From NCBI GenBank assembly GCA_012295275.1, contig CM022679.1:19902001-19966000 (forward strand): a stretch of 64,000 nucleotides of DNA. Direction: 5' to 3'. A program made the position numbers and the translations under genes. The notes under the pieces were generated by a model. It searched no databases and was not told the DNA's origin. It was given only the letters and a program-made list of their open reading frames with translations. Source of the stretch: Chrysomallon squamiferum. Lineage: Eukaryota > Animalia > Mollusca. Numbering within the stretch: the stretch's first letter is position 1; each line of letters begins with the position of its first letter. Shown piece after piece: positions 60,980 to 64,000 of this stretch.

Positions 60980-62644
60980 CACACTCTGCTGCACACTCCC
61001 AGCACTCTCACTGGTAAGTGTGTTCCTAGGCTTTGATGGGAGATGCTTTTACCATAGTTTGATTTTTGAGAACTCTGTGGTAGAGTTCACTGTGTGTCAG
61101 GGGAAGAGAGAGAGAGAGTTATAAAAGCTGAAGAAATTAATTTTAATGTTTTTTTTTTTTTTTTAAATTATTATTTTATTTTATTTTATTTTATTTTATT
61201 ATTATTTTATTTTATTTTTTTTTTTTTATTATTATTTTTTTTTTGATTTAGGTAATGTGAAACAAAATATGGAAAGGAATGTATTAGTTTTTAAGTGTAT
61301 AGTAAGGCAATTTAATGACTTAATGTGTTTTATTTTATGTTGTTATTGTTACTGTTGTATTATTATTAATATCATTGTTGTTATTATTATTTATTTTTTA
61401 TTACTACTGTTATTGCTGTTATGTTATTATTGTTGTTGTTGCTGTTATTATGATTATTATTATATATGCAAAAGAAACCTTTTAAACTGCAAGAACTAAA
61501 GAGTTCATAAACAAAAAAAAAGATTGATTTGTCTTGGTTGTCTACATTTTATAGCTACATAAAGTATGGTTTAAAAAAACAAAAAAGTAAAATCATCAGA
61601 TTTATCTGTTAGGACGAGTTTTTCTCTTCAAAACCACTTTTATCATCTTATCTGAAATAATTTATTATCAGTAAGTACAGACGAATAGAAGGATGGACAT
61701 AGGCACATCATCAAATTATGTTTTATAATAACTATGATTTTATGCATACACCAATTTGTCCAAGGTTATTGTTTAAATTCAATATTTACAATTGATTTCA
61801 GAGTTAATGGAGACACTTTGAATAAACAGTGTCAGCTGTGGTTTGTCAGTAACAGGATATTAGTTTTAAATTATGTAACAGAGTTCTTCTGAAATTAGTA
61901 CAGTTGGACCTTGCATTAACAGACCTATAGAGGTGAACGTACTCTCCAGTTTCTTGTGTACTTTTAATGACTACACCAATGGTGATATAAAAGAAAAAAG
62001 AACAACAGTTATAAAGAAAAGAAGAAACAGTTCACTAACAGGAATAATAATTAATAGAAGAAAAAACTTCCAAATATATTTTCTTTTGTGTGAATTTTTT
62101 TTTACAGAATTATATTTTTGTATTATGTATGTAAAAAAAAGCAAAAAATAAGAAAATGGTATTATTTTTTTTTTTTAAATGGCTTGTGGTACTGGTAAAT
62201 AAATTTTAGAAAACAAAATTTATATATAAATATGTACATGTGTGTGTTTGTATGCATGTGTGTGTATGTGTGATGGTCTGTGTGTGTGTATATATATACA
62301 GATTTAAATGCATGTACACCTATACACACACACAAGTTATAAATATACACAGAAACACTACTACACCCACACATATGCACACATATATACATAAATCCAT
62401 TCTTGTTACCAATTAAAAATACATATTTATATAAATGGTATGTTTCAGTATATTATCTACATATTGAATGTGTGTAGTACATTGGATCAACGTGATAATT
62501 TTATACTGAGATCAAACACGGCTGCAGATATTTAATCATAACAGCAATCAATCACAGTGGTTGTTTCATCTTCATTTAACTGATTTTTCTGTTCAGCTGT
62601 CATGACAAAAGTAAATCAAGGAAATAAAAAGCCTGGTTACATTT

Positions 62645-63200
62645 AAATATGGTTCATTACATTTTGCTAGTATTTTATTTTTTTTCTAAATTAATGAATG
62701 GTCATTAGGTTTCTAATAAAAAAAAATATGGTGTTTTTTTGTTGTAAGTTTGTTGGTTTTTTCTTATGGTTCATTATATTTTATTAGTATTTATTTATTT
62801 TTTTTTTTTTTTTACTGGGTTTCTAATAAACATTATCGTGATTTTTAGTTGTAAATTTGTTATTTTTTAAATATGGTTCATTGCATTTTGTCAATAGTTT
62901 TTTTCAGAATTAAAGAATAATCATTTTATTTCTAATATATGTTACTGCTATGGTTTTACTTGTTTGGTTGTGGTTTTTTTTTTTTTTTTTTTTTTTCTTA
63001 TGGTTAATTACAGTTTTCTAATTTTTCCATTTTTTCTAAATTATTAATAGTCATTTAATTTCTAATATAAATTACAGGTTTTGTAATTGTCTTTTCTTAT
63101 GGTCCATTACATTAAGCTAGTATTTTTTTCTAATTAATGAATGGGCTTCTATTACAAATTAAGGGTTTTTGAATTGTCAGTTTGGTTTTTGTTAAATGAT
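62645..63200. repeat. Degenerate tandem repeat, about 100-130-bp units, about 5 copies
   Basis: Recurring tatggttcattacatttt...gtcatt...tttctaata...ttgt. Confidence 0.65.
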
Positions 63201-64000
63201 ACATGAATAAGAACACCCACTACCATCACAACTAGAACACATCTATATCAAAAATAATGCTTACTTGTTCAAAGGAAAGTGCCATTAAAGATATTTAACC
63301 ACTGAAGTTAATTCATTTCTAACAACTACATAAAGACTCAAATTTGTTATTAAAGAAATCAGTCTGCTTGCAATTGCACTGGGAAATAATATTTAATCAT
63401 GTTTATGACTGATCAGCATGAAGTAAAAATATAGAAAAAAAATTGTGAAGGATTTTCTGTTAGAATGGAGAAATGAAAAAGAAAATTAATTTTGTGTATA
63501 AATAAGAAGGTGAAAAGACTGAATTTTGGATAAGCTGTTAATTAAAACATTAATCACTGTTCTGCTATCTAGAAATTAATTACATTTGCATTTTTGCTTG
63601 ATGAGTTATTGATCTAGTAGCGATGTCAGTTCAGTGTCAGAGCTGCATTTCTTCATCTTTCTTTGATTCATACATGTTTTTGATGTTCAAAATAGTTTCA
63701 AACTGCACTTAGAAAAATAAGAATTTTGAGGGTTTCGTTTGCTCTTAAAGAAAAAACTATTTTTAGTTACAGGAAAAAGTGTTTTTATAAAGTGTAAATA
63801 AAATAAAAAATAAAAAAAAATAATAATCATTGAAATTTAAATAAATAAATACCAAAGATTTTAAAATAAAAAAAGAAAAAGAAAGAAAGAAAACAGAACT
63901 TTTTTTTTTGTTTTTGTAAATTCTTAAATTTTTGGACAGATTTTAATAAACAGTTATTTATTGAATTTTCAGTTGTTTTGTAATGTGTTAAAATTTTAAT

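Noticed and set aside
61026-61055. Short uORF (MVKASPIKA*) upstream of the methyltransferase ATG
   Set aside because: Nine codons and non-overlapping; such uORFs are common by chance in AT-rich leaders.

Overview
AT-rich, microsatellite-dense animal genomic DNA with spliceosomal GT-AG introns. It is probably a lophotrochozoan such as a mollusc; that assignment is inferred, not proven. I assembled five intron-containing genes by hand, each with consistent exon phases. (1) A shortened (about 1089 aa), stand-alone type IV collagen alpha chain, 21 coding exons, minus strand 5376-24756. (2) A 132-aa orphan secreted 4-Cys peptide precursor, minus 27168-31684. (3) A 505-aa protein with a FAM220/SIPAR-like domain fused to ankyrin repeats, minus 35851-39333. 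(4) L-xylulose reductase DCXR, plus 41321-46589, head-to-head with gene 3. (5) A type II membrane FkbM-family methyltransferase, minus 49056-60979. The most striking observation is in the leader of gene 3. It carries a 62-aa SMIM10/SAGSIN1 (DUF4560)-like microprotein ORF plus a second related 47-aa ORF, separated by short AT-rich spacers. This resembles the human SMIM10L3(SAGSIN1)-FAM220A arrangement as I recall it and suggests an ancient bi- or tricistronic locus. All homology calls come from remembered sequences and motifs, not database searches.
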